A DNA stretch of 32,317 bases from Conidiobolus incongruus B7586. Its lineage: Eukaryota. Position numbers and translations under genes: made by a program. How positions within the stretch are numbered: position 1 is the stretch's first letter; each line of letters starts with the position of its first letter. The stretch covers positions 1-32,317 of the forward strand of contig JNEM01011329.1 in the NCBI GenBank assembly GCA_000697335.1, given 5' to 3'. Under the pieces are notes generated by a model. That model saw nothing but the letters and a program-made list of their open reading frames with translations, was not told where the DNA came from and searched no databases. Of the stretch, positions 1 to 15,604 are shown piece after piece.

Positions 1-352
1 TATATAATTTTAATTTTAGGACTTATTTTTATGAGTTAATATATATATAAATATTATAATAATTATTACTTAATCAATACTTTTATTAAATTTTATTATT
101 CGAGACTTAATTAACTAAATTAAACCTTATTAATATTTTACTAGTTTATATTTAAATAACCTTACTATTACTTAGCTAAGTATACTTATGCTTATATATT
201 TCACTTAGTTATAAAAAAGACTTGGATCCTTCTTTCTCTCATTCTCTCTCTAGTTCTCATATTTAGACATTATCTTTTAATATAAATAAATCTTTTTGCT
301 AAACTATTAATATATATTTTTATTATTAATAATTAATACCTTGATTTTAAAG

Positions 353-632
353 GATTAAATTATTATATTTCCTAAAGCATTAAGAGACCTATTTCCTCTA
401 CCTTTGATTCTTGTTATTCACTTATAATGTATATATATATATATTTCAAATATTCATTGTTTTATATATTATCTTTTAAATTATACTTCAAATTAATATT
501 ATAATTTAAATATAAAAAATTAAAATATTTATTATTTTTTTCTAATTAATCTTAAAATAAATTCCAAATTATATATTTATTTAGTATAACTATTAAAATA
601 GATATTAAAAGAGATTAAATTATTATATTTCC
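353..632. repeat. 20-nt exact direct repeat (GATTAAATTATTATATTTCC at 353-372 and 613-632) in extremely AT-rich, possibly decayed repeat DNA
   Basis: Two identical 20-mers 260 nt apart, seen directly; origin unknown. Confidence 0.5.
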
Positions 633-2990
633 AAAAAAATATTAAATACTTTAATATTTAAAATTATTTTAATAAAATTTAACTTGAAAAATAAATTTAA
701 AAATTTAAAAATTTAAAATTAATTTGATAATTGATTTTAAATTATTTAATATTTTTATATAATATTAATAATAATAGAATTTTTATAATATATTTTCTTA
801 CTCAATAATTATACATACTTGCAAGCTAATTTAAGATCATAATTATAACTTGGAAACACTTTTAAGTTAATACCATTGGATTATTAAATAGCTTTTGCCT
901 AACTTAATATAAATGCCCAATTTGTTTAAAGGCGATAGTTAAAAACATTTGTATTATTAATAAAATTAGCTTGATAATAAAGAGGTTAAATTGCCATTAT
1001 CAGCAATAATACTTATTGATTTATAAACAAATTGAATAAATAACTTAAGATTTTAATAATGAAAATAATAAGAAATTAGTTCTTAAATTCTTCCACATTT
1101 AATAAAGCTGATAAAATTGACTTTAACCTCCCATCACTCCTTATGGGATTATATATAAAATTTTATATTTTCTTATTCATGTTAATTCTTTTTTGTAAAG
1201 ATTTGCGACTTATATTTGGCACTAAGATTGAGTTTGTATATAAGGTTCTGATAGTTGTAATAGACTTTCACATATTTAATACTCTAGGCGAACATTATTC
1301 TTGGCTCTCTGAACCAGCGTTATTTTATATTTATTTTGTCTGAATAAGGATATTATGTTTAAATTCAATTTTAAATACTAAATAATTGTACAAATTATAA
1401 GGATATTAAAATTTTTCTATATGTGGTTGGATTTCTGAATATTGAACACTTATTAATATTTGATTAAGTTGAGGAATAATCAAATATCAAATTTGGAAAA
1501 TTAAATAAAACTGGGTTGTTACTTTCTTGATATATTATTGATAATTTGTAATCAAAATTTAATCAAGCGTAATATTGATCTTATTCGACATATATAAATT
1601 ATTTAAATCTAAAATTTAAGACAAAGGAACTCGTTATATTTTGAGAAAAGGATAAACTTGATTATTACCATTAAATTAAATTTAGATATATTTTATTAAT
1701 ATTATAGATTGTTTGTAATATATTATAATTTTATTATACTAAGCAGAATCAAGGCAATTTCAATATCATTTGAATATTTTAATATATCATTTTTGCTATA
1801 TTTGACATCAAACAAATTATTCACTTCATTGATTCACAATATATAATATTAGATAGTATTTATTACACTTTAATCGTTCAACAACATATCTTATATTAAA
1901 GACTAACAATTAATTGCAATAATATTGGCTAGTATTCTACATCAAATTAAATATTATTGAAATATAATCTGGAATTAATAAAGAAGCGATTAATGTATAA
2001 AATAAATTCCAATAATATTCAGTTAAATATATATTAATAATTTCAAACTAAAATTTAAATTGTTTTTTATATTTCAACCTATATAAACATTATTTAGATT
2101 CCATAAAATTATAAACTTGAAAAAAAAATCAATTTAGCATTAGTGTATACTATACTTAATATCATTAATATATTATATCAGATTCAATGATATCTTTTCA
2201 ATAAATATTTTAATGTTGCTAGTTTTTTTAGTTCCAGAATATAGGGTCAAATATATGTATATTTATGTATAATTATGATTATTGCGTATAGTTTATTATA
2301 ATATATATGATTATTCAGAATATATTAGCTCACGGGATGTCTTTTGCAATTAATGATACTTAAATATATGATTGATATAGTTTAGGTTATATTTAATTAG
2401 AGCAAATAACAGTAGGATAATAGCATAAATAATTTAAGTATATTTCAATAATATGATATAATATCCAAATTCTAAAAATAAAAATATACAAGTATTAAAT
2501 AAAATATTAACATTAGTAATTAATCTTGTTATTTTTTCATTGAAAATGCTGCGATAACCTATTATAGTTTAAACTTTCAATATTCAAATTTTAATGTTCA
2601 TTATATCTGTGAAGAGCTTTAATGATTTGAAATCATATTCAATTTCATAAACTGGTTTTGATGCTTCAATCAAATCTATTTTATATTTTTATAATTTTAA
2701 ATTTTTCTTAATTATTATGAAAATTGAATATTTTCAAATTAACTAGCATAAAACTTGTTAATAATAATAAATTTCAAATATAATAGTTAACTGTGCCAAT
2801 TTAGAAATATGGCTCATTTTTAATAGCCCATATATTTATTTTATGTTGAATTTTAAACAGATTAAATATAATATCTTGTATTATAGCGATAAGAAAAATA
2901 TTTTTAAATAAATATAACTTTAATATAAATTTAAATAGAATAATTTTATTTATAATTGGTAAGACAATTTTAATAATATAAAGTCTTAAA

Positions 2991-3012
2991 TATATATATA
3001 TATATATATATA
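2991..3012. repeat. (TA)11 microsatellite
   Basis: Seen directly; it produces the spurious MIYIYIYIY ORF. Confidence 0.9.
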
Positions 3013-5349
3013 TCATTTAAAATGAAAATTTATTGTTGAATTAAAATTATGTTATTTAATACTTTTGAACCACTGTCTTAGAACTATACATTACGTTTGC
3101 AGCATTAAAATTATATTAGGATCAAGGCCCTGACCCTTGGATGAGGTACGATTATTATATCTTAAGTAATATCTACTATGCCATTGTGTATTTATATGGT
3201 ATAATTACCTTATAATATGCTAATTAGATTTATAGAAATGAATAATATATTAATCAAATGATCAAGTGTTAAAAATAAAAAAATTAGAATGATAACAGCA
3301 ATGGATATACAATTTAAAAATATTAAGTGTATTTTGAATAAGATTAAAAAAATTTTTTTTATATTAATAAAATTATTTATTATATCAATATTATTATTTT
3401 TGATTTAATGAAAAGTAATCTATTATGAATTAAATTATACCTTTTTGAAATACCAGAACTTTCAATAGATATCAGCCATCATAATTTAAACATATTCAAG
3501 AAGGCATATTTTGCATAAACTAATATATTTAAAAAAATCAAGTATTATTAAAATATGTATTAGTTGACATAGAGCATTAAGTCAATGAAATAGATAATCT
3601 TAAAATAGATTATAATTTGCATTATTAAATTATGTTATTATTGACATTATTATTTATTTTACAAATACTAATATTGCATTTATCTTTTAAGCATTTAATA
3701 ATTTTAATTGTTAAAATTTAAATTTAATTCATATCAAAATAATAGTATAAATGTGAAAATAATATTATGTTTTTCATTATATTGAGGTATATTGTTTTAA
3801 TATATCTTGTTTTTTAAACCATGTTTTATGGTCTAAGCAATTAGAGAATGATTTATTTATAGCTTCACTCACAGTTTTCAAATGATGTGAATGATACGGG
3901 AGTCTAGAAATTATCCCAAGACTACATATAAAATGATGTAATCAAACGGAATAAAAAAGGTAATTTTTAACAATATTCATATTTTTATTAATTTATTATA
4001 CTCAAAAATAAGATTATTATATTAATTTGACATATTATTATGTGTTTATTTTTAATATAAATATATCTAAACATTGATCAGGAGTGAGATAGGGGTTATG
4101 AAAGAAATTAAATTAATATCTTATAAATAATCATGAATATAGAATTTTATCCAATTAGAAGTACAAAATAGGTTTACATGAATGTTAAATGAGCTAAATA
4201 TAGATAATTAATGTTTGAATTAGAATAATTTTAGATATTTTTTCTTAATTTGTGTAACTTAATATATTAATGATTAGAAATTAATCATTTACTATATTTG
4301 GATTTTGAATCATGTTCTCCACCTCTCCATCTCTCCTCACTATAAACTCAATGACACGATTATTCAAATATCAAACTGATGAAATCATTCCTCCTTCACC
4401 CTTAGAATCTAATATGAATAATTAATAAAGAGTTCAAGAACTAAATTAACGAAATTAATCATAATGATAACTATTAATTAAACTAATAAAATGAATTATT
4501 AAACATTTTAAATAATGATTAATTATTCAATTTAATTCAAGTTCCTTTATTATAAAATACAACTAATCTATTAATAGAATGGCAAATAATTTGAGTTCAA
4601 TTTATGAGTAAAGGTATTTATAATCTTATCATCAAATTACTAAGAAACAAAATGATCGAGCAGCCTTCCTTTATATCCCTTAATTGAATAATATACTGTC
4701 TTAGATAACAAACAAGAGTAATTCTTCCTCTAAAAATATCCTGTCAATCATTGAGAAAATCTGCTCATTCCATATTAGTCATGTAGATGTTCATCATTGT
4801 AATATACCTGAAAAAGTTATAGAACAGATGTCGTAGATGAAATTTTGGATTTAGAGCAAAATATTAGACTCTAAAAAGTTGCACTGGATTCTACTTAGTC
4901 CTTATTAATTAATAGTGATAAAAGGCTATTCCATGTAATAGCTACTCCATCTGTAATTGATACATCAATGATAATGTGAACATTATCAAATAATCTGCAA
5001 AATAATTGTTAAAATGAGATAGAAACTCAATATTAAATCATTTTATATTAATGAATAAAGGTTTTATTTTAATATATATGATCATTAATTTGCATTTTAA
5101 TCAAATATAACCAGCTCTCTTCATCATAAGAATTAAGAGAGAGAATTTACCAGCCTACAATTATTCTTCTGCTACTCAGCCAAATAGACTGAAGAAATGG
5201 CAGAAGTGAGTAGGAAGAGTACAAAACATATATTAATATTTTGCTCGAGTCAATATTAAATTAGATATTAAATTTTAGAAGGTATTAGTAGGAATATATA
5301 TAAGGATGGGTAATGTTAAATGAATGTTAAACAATATGAAGGAGATGAA

Positions 5350-6087
5350 CTATATGGATTTCCTTGACTTTTCATACTCTTGAAGTTGAGCTAAAAGGTT
5401 TAGATTGGGAGAAACAACATCGCTTCTGGACTTGACTAATTGATAAGCTTCGGAGAAGGGGATATTTAATTGCTTCATAGCATAGCCCATGACCAAACTA
5501 GCGGATCTGGAAACACCACACTGACAATGAATTAAGACGGATTGACCTTTAGAGAGAGCGAGATCGATAAAGCTAAAAGCTGAAGCAAAATATTCAAGAA
5601 TATTGTCTTGACTATGATCCCAATATAGTTTTTTAATATAAATTTTTTTATGCTGGAAAGAGCTGCCCAATTGAATTTCTTTTAGAAATTGGCTGGTATT
5701 AGAATCAGAAACGACCGCATAGGTATGATGATAAATTGAATAATCTCCCAAAGGTGATTCGATTTCTTTGGCAACATTAAGTACAAACCCGATGTTAAGT
5801 TCAGTTAAGACTTTAACGTTGCTGGCATTACCAACATCTCCAAGGTACACTCCAGGAAGGATTTCGACAGGTTTTTCAGCATAAATTTTGCGCTGTGGTT
5901 GAAACCAATGAGGAAGGGAAGTAGCAGGAGAAGGTTGAGACGCTTCAAGGGTAGCGGCGCTAGTAGAAATTGATAATAAAGAGGAAGGAACATTGCCTCG
6001 TTTATTCCTTCTCTTTTGAAATAAGTTGGAAGAAGAAGGTGAACGAGGTAAAAGATGAATTGAAGAAGTGGCGGAAGAAACAAGCAT
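5350..6087 (-). CDS. Dual-specificity protein phosphatase, fungal MAPK phosphatase (Msg5/Pmp1-like), 245 aa, single exon
   Basis: Catalytic loop VLIHCQCGVSRSASLV (HCX5R), PVEILPGVYLG, VLNVAKE and SPNLNLLAQL motifs; Ser-rich basic N-terminus with no rhodanese domain. Confidence 0.92.
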   Translation of the reverse strand: MLVSSATSSIHLLPRSPSSSNLFQKRRNKRGNVPSSLLSISTSAATLEASQPSPATSLPHWFQPQRKIYAEKPVEILPGVYLGDVGNASNVKVLTELNIGFVLNVAKEIESPLGDYSIYHHTYAVVSDSNTSQFLKEIQLGSSFQHKKIYIKKLYWDHSQDNILEYFASAFSFIDLALSKGQSVLIHCQCGVSRSASLVMGYAMKQLNIPFSEAYQLVKSRSDVVSPNLNLLAQLQEYEKSRKSI

Positions 6088-6330
6088 ATTTAATGATGAT
6101 GGATTGAAAATAAAAGCAAAAGGTATCGAAGGTATTAATCGACAGTTATATAATAATAAATGTAAATGTAGTTTTGGTCAACAAAATTACACAGCTAAAT
6201 AATCAATTCAACTCAATGTAATGCGACAACTAACAAAACTGTTAAGCAATAGCGCTACGGAAGGAAAAATTAGAAGGAGGAAAATAGTAATATTGAGTGG
6301 AATTAACCATTTATTAAGCTTCAGCCATTC

Positions 6331-6642
6331 TATTTATATCCCTAAGTTTTGCTTAAATTATTTCTAGTTATGAGGTTTCCAAAAGAGGATTTTCTAATGT
6401 GTGATTGGTTAAATCAAAAATTCAACCAATTATATTGATAGATTTCAGTTGAACAATGTAAAATAAAAATGAAGGTATTAAAACCCATTACGTTAACCAC
6501 AAATAAATATTTTGGCATGATATTGAGCAATACAAATGAATTGACTGGGCGACATCCTTACCTCCCATTGGCTATTTTTTGAGATTGAGCCAATCACAAT
6601 TTTAGAGTAAATTAGGTAATATTTTTATGATAGATTAATTGG
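6331..6642 (-). promoter_or_regulatory. Putative phosphatase promoter: TATAAATA plus a cluster of five CCAAT boxes
   Basis: TATAAATA on minus at 6331-6338; ATTGG/CCAAT at 6404, 6426, 6567, 6590, 6638; two match the extended RRCCAATCA consensus. Confidence 0.45.
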
Positions 6643-9600
6643 AATGTTTAAATTTATGATAAATTTCATTGATTGAAACTGGTCATACATTACACAAAGT
6701 TCAAATGTCAAGTAATTGAAGTAAAAATCACAGTTTGGGGTTACTTTAATATTGCCACATTGAAAACATCTTTGAAATTCATCGACAGCTTTTGTACTCC
6801 ATTTGAATTAGCCTTCAACTTTTGAACCTGTTTGAAGATTGAACGGATTACTATAGCGAATTATATCTCATTGAAGTACAAACATCCAAACCTTGTTTTG
6901 GATTTATTTACAAGATTTTACATTTAACAATACCAGTGATCAATATAAATTCCGTTTTTAATAATTAAATTTGTAATGATTTATATTAATAAACCAGTAT
7001 CATTAGATTTTGTTAAATTTGTTATCTCCCATTCCATTCATTACTTATTATAAATTGATATCTGTTTATATTTTTATTTTCAACTTTTATGCGTATATAA
7101 ACTTGAATTTTAATTTAAGCAGAAAATTTTCAATAATAAATTAAATTAAAATTTCATGAATAAGATATTAATTAGATTTTTCAAATTATTTCAGTATTAT
7201 ACAATTAATAATCTAAATTAACAATATTTTAATAACAATCAAAGTTAATATCTGGATAATTTTTAAAATAAAATTTGAGCCGAAACCATATTTGGCAACC
7301 CATAGTAAAAAATTTTTAATATCTCCAGTTTTTGGAAGAAAAATTGATTAATCACACTTTTTAATTTATTATTGTTAAGTGATTCATAGCTCTTTCTAGT
7401 AAAGGATGTAACTTAATGTAACTATATATTTTTATTTCATTTTTATATTAAGATTATTTTTAAAATTAATTGTGAATGAGTGAAGTTAACTTGAATTATC
7501 ATTCAATGGCTATTTATAGTATTTACTGGATATATTAAAATAAAAATAATAGTATATTTATAGACTCAAAACTCAATTATATTAAATACATTCAATTATA
7601 ATATGGATTTCTAAAATTTAATATAATTACTCTATTTAAACACTTAGATTAATATTGCATCATTTCAGATATTATATTTTACTAACAATTGATTATGGTT
7701 TTGATATCAAAAACAATTTTCTTATATTTAAAAATATTCCGTATAAATCACCTAAATTATGATATATCAAATAATCAAGATTTTAAAATAAATTCATACA
7801 TTATCCAGTTTTGATAATTGTGAAAACTTTGAAAGGTGATGATAACATTACATGAATTCAATATATAGAACAACAAATCAGTCAAATAATCAGTGAATTG
7901 AATAAATTAAGCCTGGTAACTTGCAAGATTCTCAAACAATACACAAGCTTTTCACACATTGAAATTTAATAATAATTATAATGATTGACATCTTAAAAAG
8001 GAATGCAACAGCTAAAAGCACTATAAAATTAGTTCATTTAATAATTAAATCATAAAAATTTTCAAATATTACTAATTAGCTTAATATCATGCCATTTTAA
8101 TTCAAGCTTAATGATATCATCATTTTGAAAAAAAATTTAAGGTTCAAAAATAATATAATAGAAGTGACATCATATTCTATGCTAAAAAATAAGAATTAAA
8201 TATTATTTATTATCAGAGATTAAAAGTTTTAATTTTACATTATTGTTATTATGAATTTAAGAGGAATTTTAAGTTGTTTTTTATCAAAATTTGTGTTATA
8301 AAATCTTTGATTTAATTAAAAAAAATTAGGTTTTAATCCACATACTGGATTATTATTGCCCAATTTAGAATCTTCTAGCTTAATACATATCATTGAATTA
8401 ATTATTTTTATGCAATGTATGTATAGCTAATTATTGACATCCAAGCTTAATTTTGAAATCAGTCAATTTAATTTTATATTGATTTTTTTAATCGAAATGA
8501 GAGAATTTTATATTTAGCATATTACGGTAACCTCAAACATAATTAAATCGAGATACTATGAGGATCGATAGTCAAACAACATGATCAAAAGTTATTCACT
8601 GATAATATCCAAAGCAATATTTGGGATTTATTAGAATGTTGATTAACAGTTCACCGATTTTCAATGGTAACGGCATTAATCTAGTATAAAACTTTACTAG
8701 TTTAATAGCTATATCATATCAAATTACTAATGAACTCTTCAATAGATATAGATATTATTACTAAAATTAACATTGGATTTAACATCAATATTCCTAACTA
8801 GAAAGTACTCATAGTTTAATTTTTACTAAAAAATTTAATCTCTGTTTCTAAAGTTATTTGGTTTGTCATAGTTAAATCCAAACCAAATTTAAAATTTCAA
8901 AGCATATTCTTTAATGCATTTAATCATTCTTGTTATAATATATAGTTGTTAAATATGCAACCAGTTTGTTTAAAGTTATGTGGCTTATTTTTTTATCATA
9001 AATTTTCTAAAATTCATAACTTAGAATTTTTTTTAGCATTTTTAACTTGTTGAATTGAGGCATTTTTATGTTATTAAATGACCCGTATAATCTCTGCTTT
9101 ATATTTTGTAATGTTATAATATTACAGTAGTTTTAATATTATTACAAATGCTTTGTTAAACGCAACTAGCATATGGTTCTAATTTTAAGCAATTAGAACA
9201 TTTATACATATTAAGTGATTTATTGAAAGTTTGATAATTTGTATTTCGAATGTAAAATTCGAAACTAGTGATAACCAAATTATACCATTATATTACTTTA
9301 CTAAATCTAGGAAGTGTCAATAAATATATAGCTATTTAATATAAACAAGAGTCTTTAATATAATAACATTCAAATTATAGCGATATCAATTTAATTAATC
9401 TTTTTGATTCTTGGACATTTTATTAAATTTATTAATATATTCCAAAATTGGTAATTCATATTAAGTATAATAAGATCAATATCAATATTTCTTAAAATGA
9501 AGATTAAACCTGTATTCAACTGTAATTTATATTTATCACTCTGACAAATTACTAATTTTTAAATATATTTTATAATTCATTTATATTACATAATCATAGT

Positions 9601-9799
9601 ATATTAATTTGTATTTTTAATCATTTAAATTAAATTTTAACATACAAAAATCAAGAACTTTATCCTTTTCAATTATTTACATGAAATTATAGATTCAAAT
9701 TGAATTATTAATAATAACAACTATGTTATATGAGATTTTTTAAAAATTTAAACATAAATACTGTGAGAGAATATTAAAGGAGTTAAATTATTTCTCAAT

Positions 9800-10070
9800 A
9801 ATATTTTACCATTGGTTATCCAGATCAATTTCAGGATTGAAGCGGTAATCGTCTAGCCAATTATATTGTTCAAGATCTCCCCTACCTATCTTGCTGTTCT
9901 TAGATAGAGTGCTATACTATTTGTTATACACAATGGCATCTTTAAATCTATTCTACATCCAATCAATCCATATTCCATGCATCATTTAAATATTCACAAG
10001 GATATGTTAAACTCATCTTATTATAATTATGGTTAATGCCATCCATTTCACCATAAATCAACCATAAATT
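9800..10070 (-). pseudogene. Unidentified decayed coding fragment
   Basis: Locally higher GC; interrupted minus-strand frames read LWLIYGEMDGINHNYNKMSLTYPCEYLNDAWNMD* and GRGDLEQYNWLDDYRFNPEIDLDNQW*; family not recognised. Confidence 0.3.
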
Positions 10071-11585
10071 AATTAATTATAAAGATTTTTATCTATTATC
10101 AAAATACTTCTTATTGTATCCATACTAGGGGATGGTTATACTTTTATTTTACATTATTATTATATTTATTAAATGTGTTCTTCCTGATTTAGAATATTTT
10201 ACCCTATTTTAATCAAATATTAGTTTATACTTAATTTTGAAGTTAAAATGTTTTATAATTTCAATAGATTAACTAAAATTTTATATATTTCAATTATAAA
10301 ATATTTAAATAACTCAAATGAATAATTATATTAATCTTTAATTTAACAAAAAAAATAACTTTCTCTCATAAATAATAAAGCTGGAAAAATTAATAATAAT
10401 AATGGATGTATACTTAGCTAACTCACAATTAAAAATTATTTATATTGTAGATTGTATTATTGAGTATTCAAAAAATATCCATCAATACTATTATTTAGGT
10501 AATTGTTGCTTTATACAAATGAAATACTATATATTAATATCTTGTTTTGAATCATGAAAAAATATTGAATGATTATAAGAAAATTGATATCTATGTTATA
10601 ACAGTTAAAAATTTAGCTTTGTAATCTTAATTATATGAACCTTAAAATTTATTTGTTATTAAGATTATAATATAAGTTTCATATTCGAATACATTTACAT
10701 GTATATGATTCATTCAATGTAATTAAATAATTGGATATATTTAATGGCAAATGCCATTTAATTTTTTAACTTACATGTTTACTAATTTCAGAATGGTTCT
10801 TTTTGAATATTGTTAGCTATTGATTAAACGATGAGTGTTTTATTTTATTAAAAATGAAGGAATATTAAATAATGATTTGATTTATATAGATTTCAACTAA
10901 ACATGTTTTATGTAGTTTCGCATTTTTCATTTATTGCCTAAAATACGATATTAAATAAATAAAAATATTTAATATATTTTATCTAAATTTTACAGCTACA
11001 CATTAATCCAAATAAAGGTTCAAAACATAAATTTTTATGATAAAAAACGATAAGAAACCTGGCTGATTATATATCAAATATCTCAAATTACGCTGATAAT
11101 GTAATAACAAAATCCTCTTCCAAGTAATATTAGTAATTTGCTAATAACATCAATCCATTAAATAGTATAGTAAATAACCTAAAATTTACTAAACAATAAA
11201 ATTCTCACTCTTAAAGGAATAAAAAATAGATGTAAAATTTAATAAGCACAATTTAATATTAAAAATTCATGAAATCAGTTCTAAATAAATTGTAATATTA
11301 TAATTCTGATATAATTTAATGTAATTAAATATAACTGATGAATAATAATAAAAGATACAATTAAATAATATAACCAATTAAAAATGCATAGATATATATT
11401 GTTAATTTTTTTAATTAAAACTAGTATATAAAATTTGGAAAATAATAATAAACTATAAAATGAATATTAATGTCAAATAATAATAGATAGTATTAATGTA
11501 GAAATTAAGTAATGGCACAATTTTAAGATTGAAATTAAACAAATAAATTAATAAAAATATATAAAAATTAATGAATAATATAAAA

Positions 11586-12619
11586 TTAATAGCCTTTTTT
11601 ATTATTAATAACTCTTTTCTATATTTTTGATAAGCTTTTAATACTTAAAAAACAATTCTTTTTATTAAAGATTAAAATTTGATATTTCACAAACCAATTT
11701 AATTTGTTTGTAGGAATTTTTTTCCTGTAAGCTGTTTTTTGAATTGTTTAAAATAATTATAATCACATAAGTTATAATTAAGTAAATATACTAGATGTAG
11801 TAACTCCCTCTAATTTTTTTTATATAAAAAATCTTTTACAACTTTAACTTTATGAATTTTATAATTTTCATACAAAATAATAAGTGTTTTTAATTTATAT
11901 TGAAAACACTATTTAAAAATTGTTTTATTTAAAAAAGTAATATATAACTTATTATTAATTGATTTTCTTTAAAGTATTAAATAAAAAAACTATATACTAT
12001 TATAATTTATTATAACAATTAATATTCACTTATATTTATAGTGTTTATTCATTAAAATTTGTAAAGAAGATTAATTTAACTTAATTTAACATTTTATTTT
12101 ATTTTTAAATAATAGATTATATAAAAGAATTTAAGATTTATTAATTATAAGTATTTGTTGTAAAAACTTTTGTTTTTAGTTATATTTTAATAAGTTTAAT
12201 TTAACTATAACTATTCTAATTTTCTTTTAAGCTTTTATTAAATTATAAAGTATTTATTTTATATTTTTATTAATTAATTTAAGTTTAAATTTAAGTAAAT
12301 ATAATATACTTATATAATTAATATTAAATTACTTTGATAATTCTTTAATAGAAATAAAATGGTATTTCTTAATATATTTTTTTATTTTATTAATAAGTAA
12401 AAAAATTATAATAGAAATTAATTTTTTAGATTTTAGTAAATTTTAAATAATATCCCTTCTAGCTTTAAAATCACAAATTTAGTAATATATAGTAGTTTTA
12501 AATAAAGTATTATCTATATAAGTTGTTTACAAGTTTTAGATGATTTTAAAGGGTTTATAATTAAGTTTTAAAGATATAAAAATAAAAGCCTTTTGATAAT
12601 TACAATCTAATTTAAGTAT
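11586..12619 (-). mobile_element. Inactivated mariner (DD34D, IS630-Tc1-mariner) transposase, about 344 codons, hypermutated
   Basis: Collinear mariner motifs on manual translation: start ATA (from ATG) at 12619; *ICDFKARR...LLKSKKL (W.RxFKxG...PxSGRP); K*ILYNL at 12256-12245 (KWVPHxL); IINKS*I at about 12142 (TxDESWI); ILYENYKIHK (LHDNxxxH); *RELLHLVYLLNYNLCDY (WxxLPHPxYSPDxxPCDY), with 34 residues between the 2nd and 3rd acidic positions; C-terminal IKSLSKI*KRVINNKKGY. About 17 in-frame stops and one frameshift near 11715. TIRs not identified. Confidence 0.88.
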
Positions 12620-13283
12620 AATTAAATTTAAGTATAAATTTTAAAATCAAAATATTTTAATAAAAAAAATAATTAAAATTAAATATATATATATATATAT
12701 AATTTGAAAATATTTATTTTCCTATATATTATATATATATATAATCTTTCAAAACATATAATATGTTTAAAAGATCAGAAATTAAAAAATTTCCCATTTC
12801 TTAATTTCTATACTAATATCAATGTGAATTTTATCAATTATTATTTGAGTTCAACCTAAAATTTATGAAATTAAACTAAATTGTAATTATCTATTGATAG
12901 TAGTACAATATAAACTAATTATTATAATTTGATAAAAAATTATTTATTATTATGTTATACTTAAGATAATAACATTCATAAATTCAATAATTTTAATAAC
13001 TAAAAATACTGATTAAACTTTATATAATAGTTATTAATGGTCAAGAGATAGGTATCAAAGAAGTTAGTTATTATAATAACAGTTATTATTTAAATAAAAA
13101 ATTTAAATATTTTGATAAAACAATAAAAAAAATTAAATTATTTTCAACTGATATCATTTTCAATAATAAGGTTAACCATTATTTAAATTCAATTTATTAA
13201 TTAATTTTATTTATGGGATTGTTAAAAATTTGTATAAATTTTCCAATTAATCAATTCATGATAATCACATTTCCCATCTTTAA

Positions 13284-15604
<2,321 letters not shown>

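Noticed and set aside
50..430. Possible hypermutated LTR (TATA, CT-rich tract, AATAAA)
   Set aside because: No clear TG...CA ends, TSD or second copy; too weak to call
1143..1343. 66-aa plus-strand ORF
   Set aside because: F/I/L/Y-rich composition typical of chance ORFs in AT-rich DNA; no motif
2801..3016. 71-aa ORF MIYIYIYIY...
   Set aside because: Arises from a (TA)n microsatellite and low-complexity DNA
11500..12770. Terminal inverted repeats of the mariner
   Set aside because: Flanks are almost pure A/T with TA runs; no convincing TIR pair could be aligned by eye
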